The notes under the pieces were generated by a model, which saw only the letters and a list, made by a program, of their open reading frames with translations, searched no databases and was not told the origin of the DNA. A program made the position numbers and the translations under genes. Shown in pieces: positions 47,133 to 57,770 of a stretch of 64,000 nucleotides of DNA. Location of the stretch: contig BCKQ01000001.1 of the NCBI GenBank assembly GCA_001600695.1, positions 526,577-590,576 on the forward strand, read 5' to 3'. The number at the start of each line of letters is the position of its first letter. Within the stretch, counting starts at the first letter, position 1. This DNA is from Ascoidea asiatica JCM 7603 (Eukaryota; Fungi; Ascomycota).

Positions 47133-48974
47133 TCAAATCACTTCGCTTTCAATAACAATATTATTTCCCTTAGCTTGACATCTACTATACCAATGTATAT
47201 CAATAAATTTTAAATCATTTGAAATTTTTATTTGTTTAATATTATCTGGTAAATTTTCTAAAACTACTAAGGGATTCCTCCTGAGATCAAGATATTCTAA
47301 ATTTTTTAAATTTATGAAAAATTTTGGGATTTTCTTCAATTTATTAAATTTTAATTTTAAAATTGTTAAATTTGGTACTGAATTAAAAAAATTTTCTAAA
47401 AAATCTAAATTACGACTCTGAAGAAATTCAAGCCTAAATTCTTTTAAATTATTTAGATTTCGAAAACAATTATCATTATCATGAGTTGAAAATAAAATTC
47501 GGTTTCCTGATAAATTTAAAAAGGTAAGATTTTTTAAATTATTAATATTTTCCATTTTTTTAATTTGATTTGAAATAATTTGAAGAGATTTTAAATTTTT
47601 TAATGAATTTAAACCCTTTATTTTCCCAATCCGATTTTTATCGAGATTAAGAAATTTTAAATTTTTCAATGAACTTAATCCATTTATTTCTCTAATTTTA
47701 TTTCTTGATAAATTTAATACTTCAAGATTCTTTAAATTTTTTAAATTTTCTAGTTTTATAATTCTATTTTTTGATAAATCTAAAATTTTAAGATTCTTTA
47801 AATTACTTAAATTTTCAATTATTTGAATTTTATTTCTTTTTAAATATAATTTTTTTAAATTACTTAAATGATTTAAATTTTCAATTTTAATTATTCTATT
47901 TTTTGAAAAATTTAAAACTTCTAGATTATTTAAAAATAACATTTCATTAGTTATAGCTGGGATTCTATTAATAGATAAATCTAAAACAATTAAATTTTCT
48001 GGTAAATTTTTCAATTCTAAAATTGAAGCCGAATTAAAATATAAAACTTTTAAATTTTTAAAAATTTTTAAAAATTCAGGAATTATTATGAATTTGAAAT
48101 TTTTGAGAGCAAGAAATTTCAAATTTGATAAATATCTAATATTTGAAAGATGTAATAATTGTACCATATATGTATACGAATTGAATAAATATAAATATTC
48201 AAGATTTGAAGAAAATTTTAAAAGATTTGAGAATCTAGGATAGGTAAAAAATACATTTACTAATTTTGTTAAATTTTGACAAGATAATAATAAACCTGGA
48301 GAATAATCAAAAATTGAATTTTGAACAAATTCACTATTTGAAAATTCTTTTAGTGATAAAGTTTTTCTTGCTTCAATACCTGAATTGAATTTGTAATTAA
48401 ATTCAATATAATTATGTAGGCTTCGATAATTCAATGAATTTTGATATACAAAATTTCTTAAATTTTCAAATTGATTATTAAAATTTGAATTTATATTTGA
48501 ATTTAAAAATAAATCCTTTAAGATATAAAAAGATTTAAAATCTAATTTTAAATTAGTTATAAAATTTGAGTTTTTTTTGAAAAAGTTTAAATAAAAACTA
48601 AAATTAATTGAATCTAAATTATTTAAATCAAACTCAGTTATTTCTCCTATAGCATTTATGGCATTGAACCTAGAATGTTTAATTAAAATTTTAAAGAAAA
48701 TTGTATTTCTCCAAATATTTTTATCAATTATAAAAGAAAATGAATTTGAATTTTTTTTTAAAGATTCAAATTTTTTATATTTTTTTGATTTGTTTTTTAG
48801 ATTAACGAAAATACTAATGTTTTTAAAAATTAATTCTTTTGAAATATATTGGATAAAATTATTATCACTTAGAGTAAATAACCATAATATTTGAAAATTT
48901 AAATTACTTAATATTTCCCGAAGTAAATTGAATGGTACCGGATACTTGATTAAAATCATTTCCCTAATTTGCAT
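47133..48974 (-). CDS. Putative F-box + SDS22-like LRR protein, copy B (613 aa; alternative start 48959)
   Basis: MILIKYPVPFNLLREILSNLNFQILW F-box-like start, shared middle domain, 22-aa LRRs, C-terminal KFIDIHWYSRCQAK. Confidence 0.88.
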   Translation of the reverse strand: MQIREMILIKYPVPFNLLREILSNLNFQILWLFTLSDNNFIQYISKELIFKNISIFVNLKNKSKKYKKFESLKKNSNSFSFIIDKNIWRNTIFFKILIKHSRFNAINAIGEITEFDLNNLDSINFSFYLNFFKKNSNFITNLKLDFKSFYILKDLFLNSNINSNFNNQFENLRNFVYQNSLNYRSLHNYIEFNYKFNSGIEARKTLSLKEFSNSEFVQNSIFDYSPGLLLSCQNLTKLVNVFFTYPRFSNLLKFSSNLEYLYLFNSYTYMVQLLHLSNIRYLSNLKFLALKNFKFIIIPEFLKIFKNLKVLYFNSASILELKNLPENLIVLDLSINRIPAITNEMLFLNNLEVLNFSKNRIIKIENLNHLSNLKKLYLKRNKIQIIENLSNLKNLKILDLSKNRIIKLENLKNLKNLEVLNLSRNKIREINGLSSLKNLKFLNLDKNRIGKIKGLNSLKNLKSLQIISNQIKKMENINNLKNLTFLNLSGNRILFSTHDNDNCFRNLNNLKEFRLEFLQSRNLDFLENFFNSVPNLTILKLKFNKLKKIPKFFINLKNLEYLDLRRNPLVVLENLPDNIKQIKISNDLKFIDIHWYSRCQAKGNNIVIESEVI

Positions 48975-50559
48975 CTAAAATAACTGTTATATTAAACAAC
49001 AAAAAGTATCTGAAATAGCTTTCATTATTTATAAGGATTAAAAAAACATATATATATATGAAGTTGAGTAATATTCAGATTGAGGTTGAATTTATCTTCT
49101 ACTCATTACTAGACTCTTGATTGTTTGAGATTTAGTATCAAAATTCAAACATATTCGTAACAAAATAAGACTCGAGAAATTATCATTGATTAGTTTGATG
49201 TAAGTTTTGAATAGAACAAGATGAAATTTGACAAATACATTATGATAAATTGATTAGTAAAATTGATTCCATTGAATTTATTATCCTTCGAAGATGAATG
49301 AGAAGAAAAGAAAGCTTATTCAACAATATAACTAAAACTAAAAAAAAAGAAGGTTCAAAGAATTAAGACAATATAAACAATATTTATTTTACTATGCTCG
49401 ATGTATTTTGTCGCCCTGCTTTTGGCCGTACCACAGACATGGCACTTATTTCCATGGCGACAGTCGCCCGTTTTACGAGGGTCAGTCGGCCCCGCACATT
49501 ACAACGGGACCTTCCCAAATCCAGTATAAAATTCCCAATTAGTAAGGTCACATGATATAAATTGTATATTGTACCACTTTTAAAGGTAGCCTGTTTGAAT
49601 TTGATATTTACAGTTTACGTTTGAATTAAAACTAAAGGAATATCAATAATATTCGTAAAAGAAGAAATAAAAATAAAATAATTAAAATATAAAGGATATT
49701 TTCATTTTCTTTTTTACCTGATTTAGGATTTTAAAGAACTAAAACACTAACAATTTCTTCTAAATCTAAGTTTTCACTCTTTAATAAAGTAGCGGTTTTT
49801 GAAAATGAACCAGTTGACCATTCTTGGTTTTTACAATTACCATTTAGTAGTTTTTTCTTTATGATGTTCAATCTTTCCACAAAGTGTAATTCCATTATTT
49901 TCTCAATTTAAACCAATAATAGTTTTATCCTTTAAGACACCTGGAATTGAAACATGTAATTCCTTCCTAATATTGGATAATGCAACTAATAAATTTCATA
50001 TTAATCAATAGATTGTTGAACCAAAAATAGAAAATATAAATTTTAGTTCAGATCTTCTGGAAAAAGCTTTTCTATTTTTACTATTTTCAATGAATTAGGA
50101 AATTTATGAAAAATAATAGATAATTATTTCAATTAAATTTAGAATATTTCAGAAAATTTACTCAGCTTCTGCAGCCGCCGGTGAGCCTAAATCTTATTTT
50201 TTAGAATCGAATTCACCTTAAGTTTGTTTTCAAATAACTGGTAAAGTTTCTTCTTTATAAGAAAAATTAGAAATGACTTTTAAACTTTTATATTCTTCTT
50301 TGGATTTTTAATTGATCTAGGATAATTTTTAGTTCATATTTTGAATTTTCTTATTAAAGAAGTTGAAATTATACTGAGTCATGAGCCAAAAGGCAATTCC
50401 TCTTGATTGTTGAGGGTTGTAACTTGGTGCAAGATTATAACTTTAAAAGAAAACTTTTATGACACTTGTTTTAGAATATATTATAGAAAAAAATCATAGT
50501 AAAATCTTTGATAGTTTATTAAGTTATCTATAACGATATAATGTAATATACTTACGTAT

Positions 50560-52368
50560 TTAGTCTTGTATAACAACATAATTTCTTTTAGCTTGACATC
50601 TACTATACCAATGTATATCAATAAATTTCAAATCACTTGGAATTCTGATTTCTTCAATATCATCTGGTAAATTTTCCAAAATTACTAAAGGATTCTCTCT
50701 AAGATCAAGATATTTTAAATTTTTAAAATTTAAGAAAAATTTTGGTAATTTCTTTATAAGATTCTTTTTTAAAGTTAAAACTGTTAAATTTGTTAATGAA
50801 TTTGAAAAATTTTTTAAAAAATTCAAATTACGAATAAAATTCTCTTGAAGTTTAATTTCCTTTATATTATTTAAGTTTTCAAAACAATTATCATCATTAC
50901 TTGAAGTAGAAATTTCATTAAAATTAAAATTAAAATTTATATATTCTAAATTTTTTAAATTATTAATATTCTCAATTTTTGTAATGGAATTGCTTTTAAG
51001 ATAAAGAACTTTTAAATTTTTTAATGAATTTAACCCACTTAGTTTTTTAATTCTGTTTTTTGATAAATTTAACACTTTAAGATTAATTAAATTATTTAAA
51101 TTTTCTAGTTTTTTGATTCTATTTTTTGATAAATCTAAAAATTTTAGATTATTTAAGTTATTTAAAATTCCAATATTATCAATTTTATTATTTTGTAAAT
51201 ATAATTTTTTTAAATTAATTAAATAATTTAAATTTTCTATTTTAACTATTTTATTTCTTGTTAAATTCAAGACTTTTAAATTATCTAAAAGAAAAATTTC
51301 ATTGGATATTATTGAGATATTATTATATGATAAATCTAAAAAAATTAAATTTTGTGGTAAATTTTTTAAAATTGAAATTAAAGCATAATTAAGATATAAA
51401 ATTTTTAAATTTTTGAAATTTTTGAAAAATTCAGGAATTATTCTAAATTTTAATTTTTCTAAATTAAGAAATTTTAAATTTAATAAATTCTCAAAATTAG
51501 TAAGATCTAATGGATAAAATCTATATGTATAAGTATATGATAAATATAAATATTCAAGATTTGAACAAAATTTTAAAAGATCTAAAAATTTATAATATCT
51601 TAAATATATATTTGTTAATTTAGTTAAATTTTGACAAGATAATAATAAACCTGGAGAAAAATTAAAATTTGAATTTTTTATAATATCATTATTTGAAAAT
51701 TCTTTAACTGATAAAGTTTTTCTTGCTTCAAAACCAGAATTGAATTTATAATTTAATTCAAAATGATTTCTATGTAAACTTTGGTCCATTGTATCTTGAT
51801 ATATAAAATTTTTTAAATTTTCAAATTGATTATTAAAATTTGGATTTATATTTGAATTTAAAAAAAATTTTTTTAAGATATAAAAAGATTTTAAATCTAA
51901 TTTTAAATTGGTTATAAAATTTGATTTTTTTTTGAAAAAGTTTGAATAAAAATTAAAATTAATTGAATTAAAATTAATTGAATTAAATTTATTTAAATTA
52001 TTTGAATTTCTTAATTTATAAAAATTGATATCATTAATTATAATTTCAAAAAAAGTAGTATATTTCCAAATATTTTCATCAATTATAAAAGAAAATGAAT
52101 CTGAAATTTTGATTGAAGATTTGAAATTTTTGAAAATTTTGAAATTTTTTAAATTGTTAAATTTTTTAAATTTTTTAAAATTTTCAAGTATAATTGATTT
52201 ATTTTTTAAATTAGCAAAAATACTTGTGGTTTTAAAAAATAAAACTTTTGAAATACTTTGAAAGAAATTATTATCACTTAAAGTAAATAACCGTAATATT
52301 TGAGAATTTAAATTACTAAATATTTCTCGAATTATATGGACAGGTACTTGATACTTAATTAAGATCAT
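50560..52368 (-). CDS. Putative F-box + SDS22-like LRR protein, copy C (602 aa)
   Basis: MILIKYQVPVHIIREIFSNLNSQIL F-box-like start; closest paralog of B; same C-terminal KFIDIHWYSRCQAK. Confidence 0.88.
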   Translation of the reverse strand: MILIKYQVPVHIIREIFSNLNSQILRLFTLSDNNFFQSISKVLFFKTTSIFANLKNKSIILENFKKFKKFNNLKNFKIFKNFKSSIKISDSFSFIIDENIWKYTTFFEIIINDINFYKLRNSNNLNKFNSINFNSINFNFYSNFFKKKSNFITNLKLDLKSFYILKKFFLNSNINPNFNNQFENLKNFIYQDTMDQSLHRNHFELNYKFNSGFEARKTLSVKEFSNNDIIKNSNFNFSPGLLLSCQNLTKLTNIYLRYYKFLDLLKFCSNLEYLYLSYTYTYRFYPLDLTNFENLLNLKFLNLEKLKFRIIPEFFKNFKNLKILYLNYALISILKNLPQNLIFLDLSYNNISIISNEIFLLDNLKVLNLTRNKIVKIENLNYLINLKKLYLQNNKIDNIGILNNLNNLKFLDLSKNRIKKLENLNNLINLKVLNLSKNRIKKLSGLNSLKNLKVLYLKSNSITKIENINNLKNLEYINFNFNFNEISTSSNDDNCFENLNNIKEIKLQENFIRNLNFLKNFSNSLTNLTVLTLKKNLIKKLPKFFLNFKNLKYLDLRENPLVILENLPDDIEEIRIPSDLKFIDIHWYSRCQAKRNYVVIQD

Positions 52369-53449
52369 TTCATTAAGTTGAATTGAATTGAATTGAATTG
52401 AATTGAATGTAATTATTATATTAAATAACCGGAATTTGAAAAGATCTCATTGTTAATAAGGATTGATTTAACTTATATAGATATAAATGATGTTGGATAG
52501 TAATCAAATTATATTTTGATTCATCATCTTATTGTTTAATTGATTCATTATTGTTTGATTCATCGTTGTTTGAATTTGAATTTAGACATATTCATAACAA
52601 TAAAGAAACATAAGAAATCATGATTGATTACTCTGGTGCAATAACTTGACTAACTTGGTTCCATTGATTGAATTCATTGAGTTCATTGAGTTGATTGAGT
52701 TCATTGAGTTCATTTAATACTTTCTTCTTGCTGACTGAAATAACTGCAAATATAACAAAATATCATTGTTTATTTCTTGTTTATCTCTTGTTTACTTTTA
52801 CTTCTTTGTTTACTTTCTTGTATATTTCCAAAAAACAGGTGCACGTGATCCCTTCGGCTTTGGGATCTCCTTTGATTTTTTCGGGGTCTTTTTGTAAATT
52901 TCTGACCCGAGAAAAACTTCTTCGGGGTCCTTGTTGTTTTTGCAGAAATGGGATTAAAAATGGGACTAAAAACGGTAACAAATTCTCAATTACTTTCACC
53001 GGTGCCAAAAGATTCAAAAATATAAAATAAAATACTCTAATATAATATAATATAATATAATATAATATAATATAATATAACAAAATGATATATAATTTTA
53101 CCTTCTAAGGACAAACTAAACTTAAGAGATTTAGTGTCTAGAATAAATTCAATTCAATCAAAATCAGTCCACGATGACATGAATATCATAGAGATTATTA
53201 ATCTTGATTTGCAATTATTCAATTGATTTTGCTAAAGCTTGTCAAGTGTTTATGGATGATGTTTTATCCTTTATCTATCAATGAAATAAAATACAGTCTC
53301 AGTCTCAGTCTCAGTCAATACTCTAAGTAATATTGTAACTTATTAATATTAAAACTCTTATTATTTAATTCTATATTCCAATACTTAAACAATTATTTAT
53401 ATAAGAGAAATGAAAAGAAAATCAGTATTTTAATATACTCATAAATCAT

Positions 53450-55726
53450 TTAAGTAATTAAAATTTTTCGAATTAAAAACTCAGGTCCAAAAGATTTTAT
53501 AGTTCTTGGAATTTTAACTTTTTCAATATTTTTTGGAAGATTTTCAATAGCTATTAAAGAACTATTTCCTCTAACATTGAGGATTTTTAAACTTTCAACA
53601 TATCTCATAATATTTGAAATATTTTTAATATTATTATTTTCTAAATTTAAATTTCTTAATTTTGATAATGGATTACAAAAATTAATTAAAAAAATTAAAT
53701 CAACAATATAATTATTTGAAAGATTAATTTTTCTTAAATTATTTAAATTTTTAAACGCATATTTATCTTCATGAACATTTTTTGAAATTGAAATTTGATT
53801 TCCTGATAAATCTAAAACTATAAGATTTTTTAAATTTTCTAAATTTTCAATTTTTTTAATTTCATTCATATTAAGATAAAGACATTTTAAAAATTTTAAT
53901 GAATTTAATCCTTCAATTTTCTTAATTTGATTTGAACTTAAATCTAAGATTTCAAGATTTATTAAATTATTTAAATTTTCAATTTCATTTAAATAATTTT
54001 TTGAGATAAATAGAGATTTTAGATTTACTAAATCATTCAAATTTTCTAATTTGACTATTTGATTTGAATTTAAAAATAATTTCTTTAAATTAATTAACTT
54101 ATTTAAATTTTCTAATTTAATTATTTCATTTTCTGATAAATCTAAAACTGTGAGATTTTCTAAATTATTTAAATTTTCAATTTTTTTAATCTTATTTTTA
54201 TTAAGATAAAGAGATTTTAAAAATTTTAATGAATTTAAACCATTAATTTTTTTAATTTTATTAGTATTTAGATAAAGAATTTTTAAAAATTTTAATGAAT
54301 CTAATCCACCAATTTTTTCTATTTGATTTGAACTTAAATCTAAGATTTCAAGATTTTTTAAATTATTTAAATTTTCAATTTCATTTAAATTACTTTCTGA
54401 AATATATAAAGTTTTTAAATTTACTAAATTATTTAAATTTTCTAATTTATAAATTCTAGTTTCTATTAAAATTAATTTTTTTAAATTAATTAACTCATTT
54501 AAATTTTCTAATTTATTTATTACATTTTTTGATAAATTTAAAAGTGTAAGTTTTTTTAAATTATTTAAATTTTCAATTTTTTCAATTTCATTATCTTGTA
54601 AATATAATCTTTTTAAATTTTTTAAATTATTAATATTTTCTATTTTATCTATAAGATTAGAAGATAAATCTAAAACTTTTAAATTATTTAAAATAGAAAT
54701 TTCATTATTTATAATTGAAATAGAATTATCAGATAAATTTAAAAAAATTAAATTTATTGGTAAATTTTCTAAAATTGAAATTTTAGAATTATTAAGATAT
54801 AAGATTTTTAAATTTATAAAATTTTTTAAAAAATCAGGAATTTTTTTAAATTCAAAATTTTCTAAAGATAAATATTTTAAATTTGATAAATTTTTAAAAT
54901 TTTTAAAATTTTTTGAATAATTAATAGAATTAAATTGATTAAAATTAATAATTCTAAGATCTAAATATTCAAGATTTAAACAATTTTTTAAAATATATAA
55001 AAATTCAGGTATTCTTAAATATAAATTTATTAATTTTTTTAAAAAAATACATGAATTAAAAAATTGTAAAGAAAAATCAAAATTTATATTTTCAATAATT
55101 TGATAATTTGAAAATTCTTCAAGTGATAAAATTTTTCTTGCTTCAAAACCGGAATTAAAATTATAATTAAATTCAATATAATTTGTATTAAAATTATAAA
55201 TTGAAGAATGTTGAAATACAAAATTTTTTAAATTTTGAAATTGATTATTAAAATTTGGATTAATATATGAAATTGAATTTAATTTTAAAAAAAAAAGTTT
55301 TAAAATTGAGAAAGATTGAAAATCTAATTTTAAATTAGTTATAAAATTTGAATTTTTTTTAAAAAAAGATGAAAAAAAATTATAAAAATTTAAAGAATTT
55401 GGTTCTTCATTTCTTGATTTTAAAAAAATTAAATTTTTCCAATTATTTTTATTATAATTATTATCAATTAATAAAGAAATTGAATCTGATTTTCTTTTAA
55501 TTAATAAATTTTTATTTAAAAAAGATAATTTTTTTAATAATTTTTTATTTTTTGAAAATGATTTTAAATTATAAATAATACTAATTTTTTTAAAAATTAA
55601 ATCTTTTGAGATATATTGAATAAAATGAATATCACTTAAAGTAAATAACCATAAAATTTGATTATTTAAAATTATGAATATTTTTTTAATTAATTCATAA
55701 GGTAATTGATACTTAATTAAGATCAT
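53450..55726 (-). CDS. Putative F-box + SDS22-like LRR protein, copy D (758 aa)
   Basis: MILIKYQLPYELIKKIFIILN gives the best match to the F-box LPxEL..IF..L consensus; longest LRR array, with internal higher-order duplication. Confidence 0.9.
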   Translation of the reverse strand: MILIKYQLPYELIKKIFIILNNQILWLFTLSDIHFIQYISKDLIFKKISIIYNLKSFSKNKKLLKKLSFLNKNLLIKRKSDSISLLIDNNYNKNNWKNLIFLKSRNEEPNSLNFYNFFSSFFKKNSNFITNLKLDFQSFSILKLFFLKLNSISYINPNFNNQFQNLKNFVFQHSSIYNFNTNYIEFNYNFNSGFEARKILSLEEFSNYQIIENINFDFSLQFFNSCIFLKKLINLYLRIPEFLYILKNCLNLEYLDLRIINFNQFNSINYSKNFKNFKNLSNLKYLSLENFEFKKIPDFLKNFINLKILYLNNSKISILENLPINLIFLNLSDNSISIINNEISILNNLKVLDLSSNLIDKIENINNLKNLKRLYLQDNEIEKIENLNNLKKLTLLNLSKNVINKLENLNELINLKKLILIETRIYKLENLNNLVNLKTLYISESNLNEIENLNNLKNLEILDLSSNQIEKIGGLDSLKFLKILYLNTNKIKKINGLNSLKFLKSLYLNKNKIKKIENLNNLENLTVLDLSENEIIKLENLNKLINLKKLFLNSNQIVKLENLNDLVNLKSLFISKNYLNEIENLNNLINLEILDLSSNQIKKIEGLNSLKFLKCLYLNMNEIKKIENLENLKNLIVLDLSGNQISISKNVHEDKYAFKNLNNLRKINLSNNYIVDLIFLINFCNPLSKLRNLNLENNNIKNISNIMRYVESLKILNVRGNSSLIAIENLPKNIEKVKIPRTIKSFGPEFLIRKILIT

Positions 55727-56555
55727 TGAATGTAATGTAATTGAATATAATATAATGTAATGTAGTTGAATGTAATTGAATTGAAAGTAATAAGAGAGAT
55801 GGAATATAAAAAGTTTATGAGAAATAAGTTCATTTAAATATTTGAATCAGATCATTCCATCCTTTTTTCTTCAATGAATTAATGAATGAATGAATGAATG
55901 AATGAATGAATGTATTTATTGATTAATTGATTAGATGAATCATTGAATGTTTGATTCATAAATGTTTTGAATATAATATATAGTTTAAAAACATATTGAA
56001 AAGAATAGAAAAGGAAGAATAATTACTTGTATAGAATGAATCTTTTGATATAAGTTTTAAGTGAAATAAGAAGTTTAGTAGTTATAATGATTGATTATAA
56101 TTATGATTCTACGAAATATATTATGTATAAGTATTTTCTTTTCTTTGAATTGATAGTCAATTGAATATATTCTATAATAAATTGTAATAAATCCTTTGTT
56201 TATTTTCATCCTTGTTTTGTTTTGTGTTGTGTTGTTTTGTTTTGTTGTTTATATTTGTTTTAAATCCTCTCCGTCACGTGGCCGTGGAATATAAACCAAA
56301 CCAACGGTACCAATGAACAATCAGACAATAGCAGAATGTAATAGAACAGTAACAAGAAGTAAGATAATAAGATAATGAGATAATAAGATAATGACTGTTG
56401 CTTTCATTTCATTTCATAAACACAAACAGAAATAAAACGTGACCCTCTTTGGACCGTTCCCAGCTTTGTGGGTTTGTTCATTGCTGATGCAGCAATCCAT
56501 TCTCAGTATACTAAAAATATGATACATATACATGTAAAATATATAAAAAAAGAAA

Positions 56556-56656
56556 TCTCCCGGGGGTGAGTCGAACACCCGATCTCAAGATTACTTTGTA
56601 TACTCACAAAGTGAAACATTACAGTCTCGCGCCTTAGCCAGCTTGGCCACCGGGAG
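56556..56656 (-). tRNA. tRNA-Tyr (GTA) with a 27-nt intron (56592-56618)
   Basis: Exon 1 CTCCCGGTGGCCAAGCTGGCTAAGGCGCGAGACTGTAA and exon 2 ATCTTGAGATCGGGTGTTCGACTCACCCCCGGGAGA; C1:G72 and A73 identity elements; intron at canonical 37/38; T7 terminator at 56545-56551. Confidence 0.97.
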
Positions 56657-57640
56657 TGTTTTTCTGTTTTTTTGTTTTTCAGAATTACTATTAACTTCAA
56701 TATCCCACAATAAACAATTTGTTGTTGACTCGGATAATTTATACGAAGTGCCCTGTGGGGGTTTGCAAGTTTTCTTTAATCGCTACGCAGCGCGGTTTTA
56801 TTCTGCTGCGCAAAGCAGGGGTAATAAAAGACACAATGACAAAGACCACCGTAGAGTACGTTGACTAGAACTTTGTAATTTGGTCCAACATTTATTAAAG
56901 TTACAATGCATATAATGCATACTTTGGATCTGAGGAGAGTAAAGAATACCGAGGGGGAAAAAAACAAAATTACCTAATCAGGTAATATAAACTGTTTTTC
57001 ACCACTGATGTGGCTAGTGCCGGTCAAGACCGACTGCTTTTTCTTTTCTAGCCAATTAAAATGTCGCTCGCTAGAATCTCAAAACGGGGAATTACCAAAT
57101 TCATCAATATCACACAAAACTTATAATTCCTTAACAATTTGAAAAAATGTGAATGATTACGAAAATAAATTAATAAATTAATAAAAGTTTATTTCAATTT
57201 TGACTCCAAGAATTATTACTTACTTTAATAACATATTTACTTATCAATGATCACTATATACTATATATGATAAGAAATGAAGAAATGATCAATCCTTTAT
57301 ATGTATTTAATGATTGTATTATCTTTTACTTACTTACATAATATCAGATTTGAGTGAATTAAAATTGACTTTTTACAATATATATAGTATAATATGTAAT
57401 ATAATATATAATATAATATACAACACATAGTATTTTGAAATAAATTAAAACTATTCTTACTTCATAATCTTACTCAGGATATACAACTTAGACTAATAAA
57501 CTAATCTTTGTTTTAGCTTATCAATGATATCATTACCACTTTTTTAAAATATATTGATGATTCTGAGTTTCAAACTTTCTTGAAAATACTTCATCATGAT
57601 TGGTGAATTTATAAATATTTCGACTATTTCATTTCATTTC

Positions 57641-57770
57641 AATTCATTTCAATTCATTTCAATTCATTTCAATTCATTTCAATTCATTTCAATTCATTTC
57701 AATTCATTTCAATTCATTTCAATTCATTTCAATTCATTTCAATTCATTTCAATTTATTTCAATTTATTTC
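57641..57770. repeat. Decamer minisatellite (AATTCATTTC)x11 plus 2 variant units
   Basis: Read directly: perfect units at 57641-57750, then AATTTATTTC x2. Confidence 0.95.

Noticed and set aside
5086-52261. Small ORFs overlapping real genes (e.g. 5086, 9654, 13429, 15050, 39046, 44960, 48658, 52025)
   Set aside because: Antisense or alternate-frame shadows of strongly biased coding sequence.
56273-56400. GTCACGTG as CDEI of a point centromere
   Set aside because: No AT-only CDEII or CDEIII follows, and the same motif occurs in many promoters here.
57641-57770. Decamer array as CRISPR or telomeric repeat
   Set aside because: No spacers, eukaryotic context, internal position and no TG-rich telomere character.
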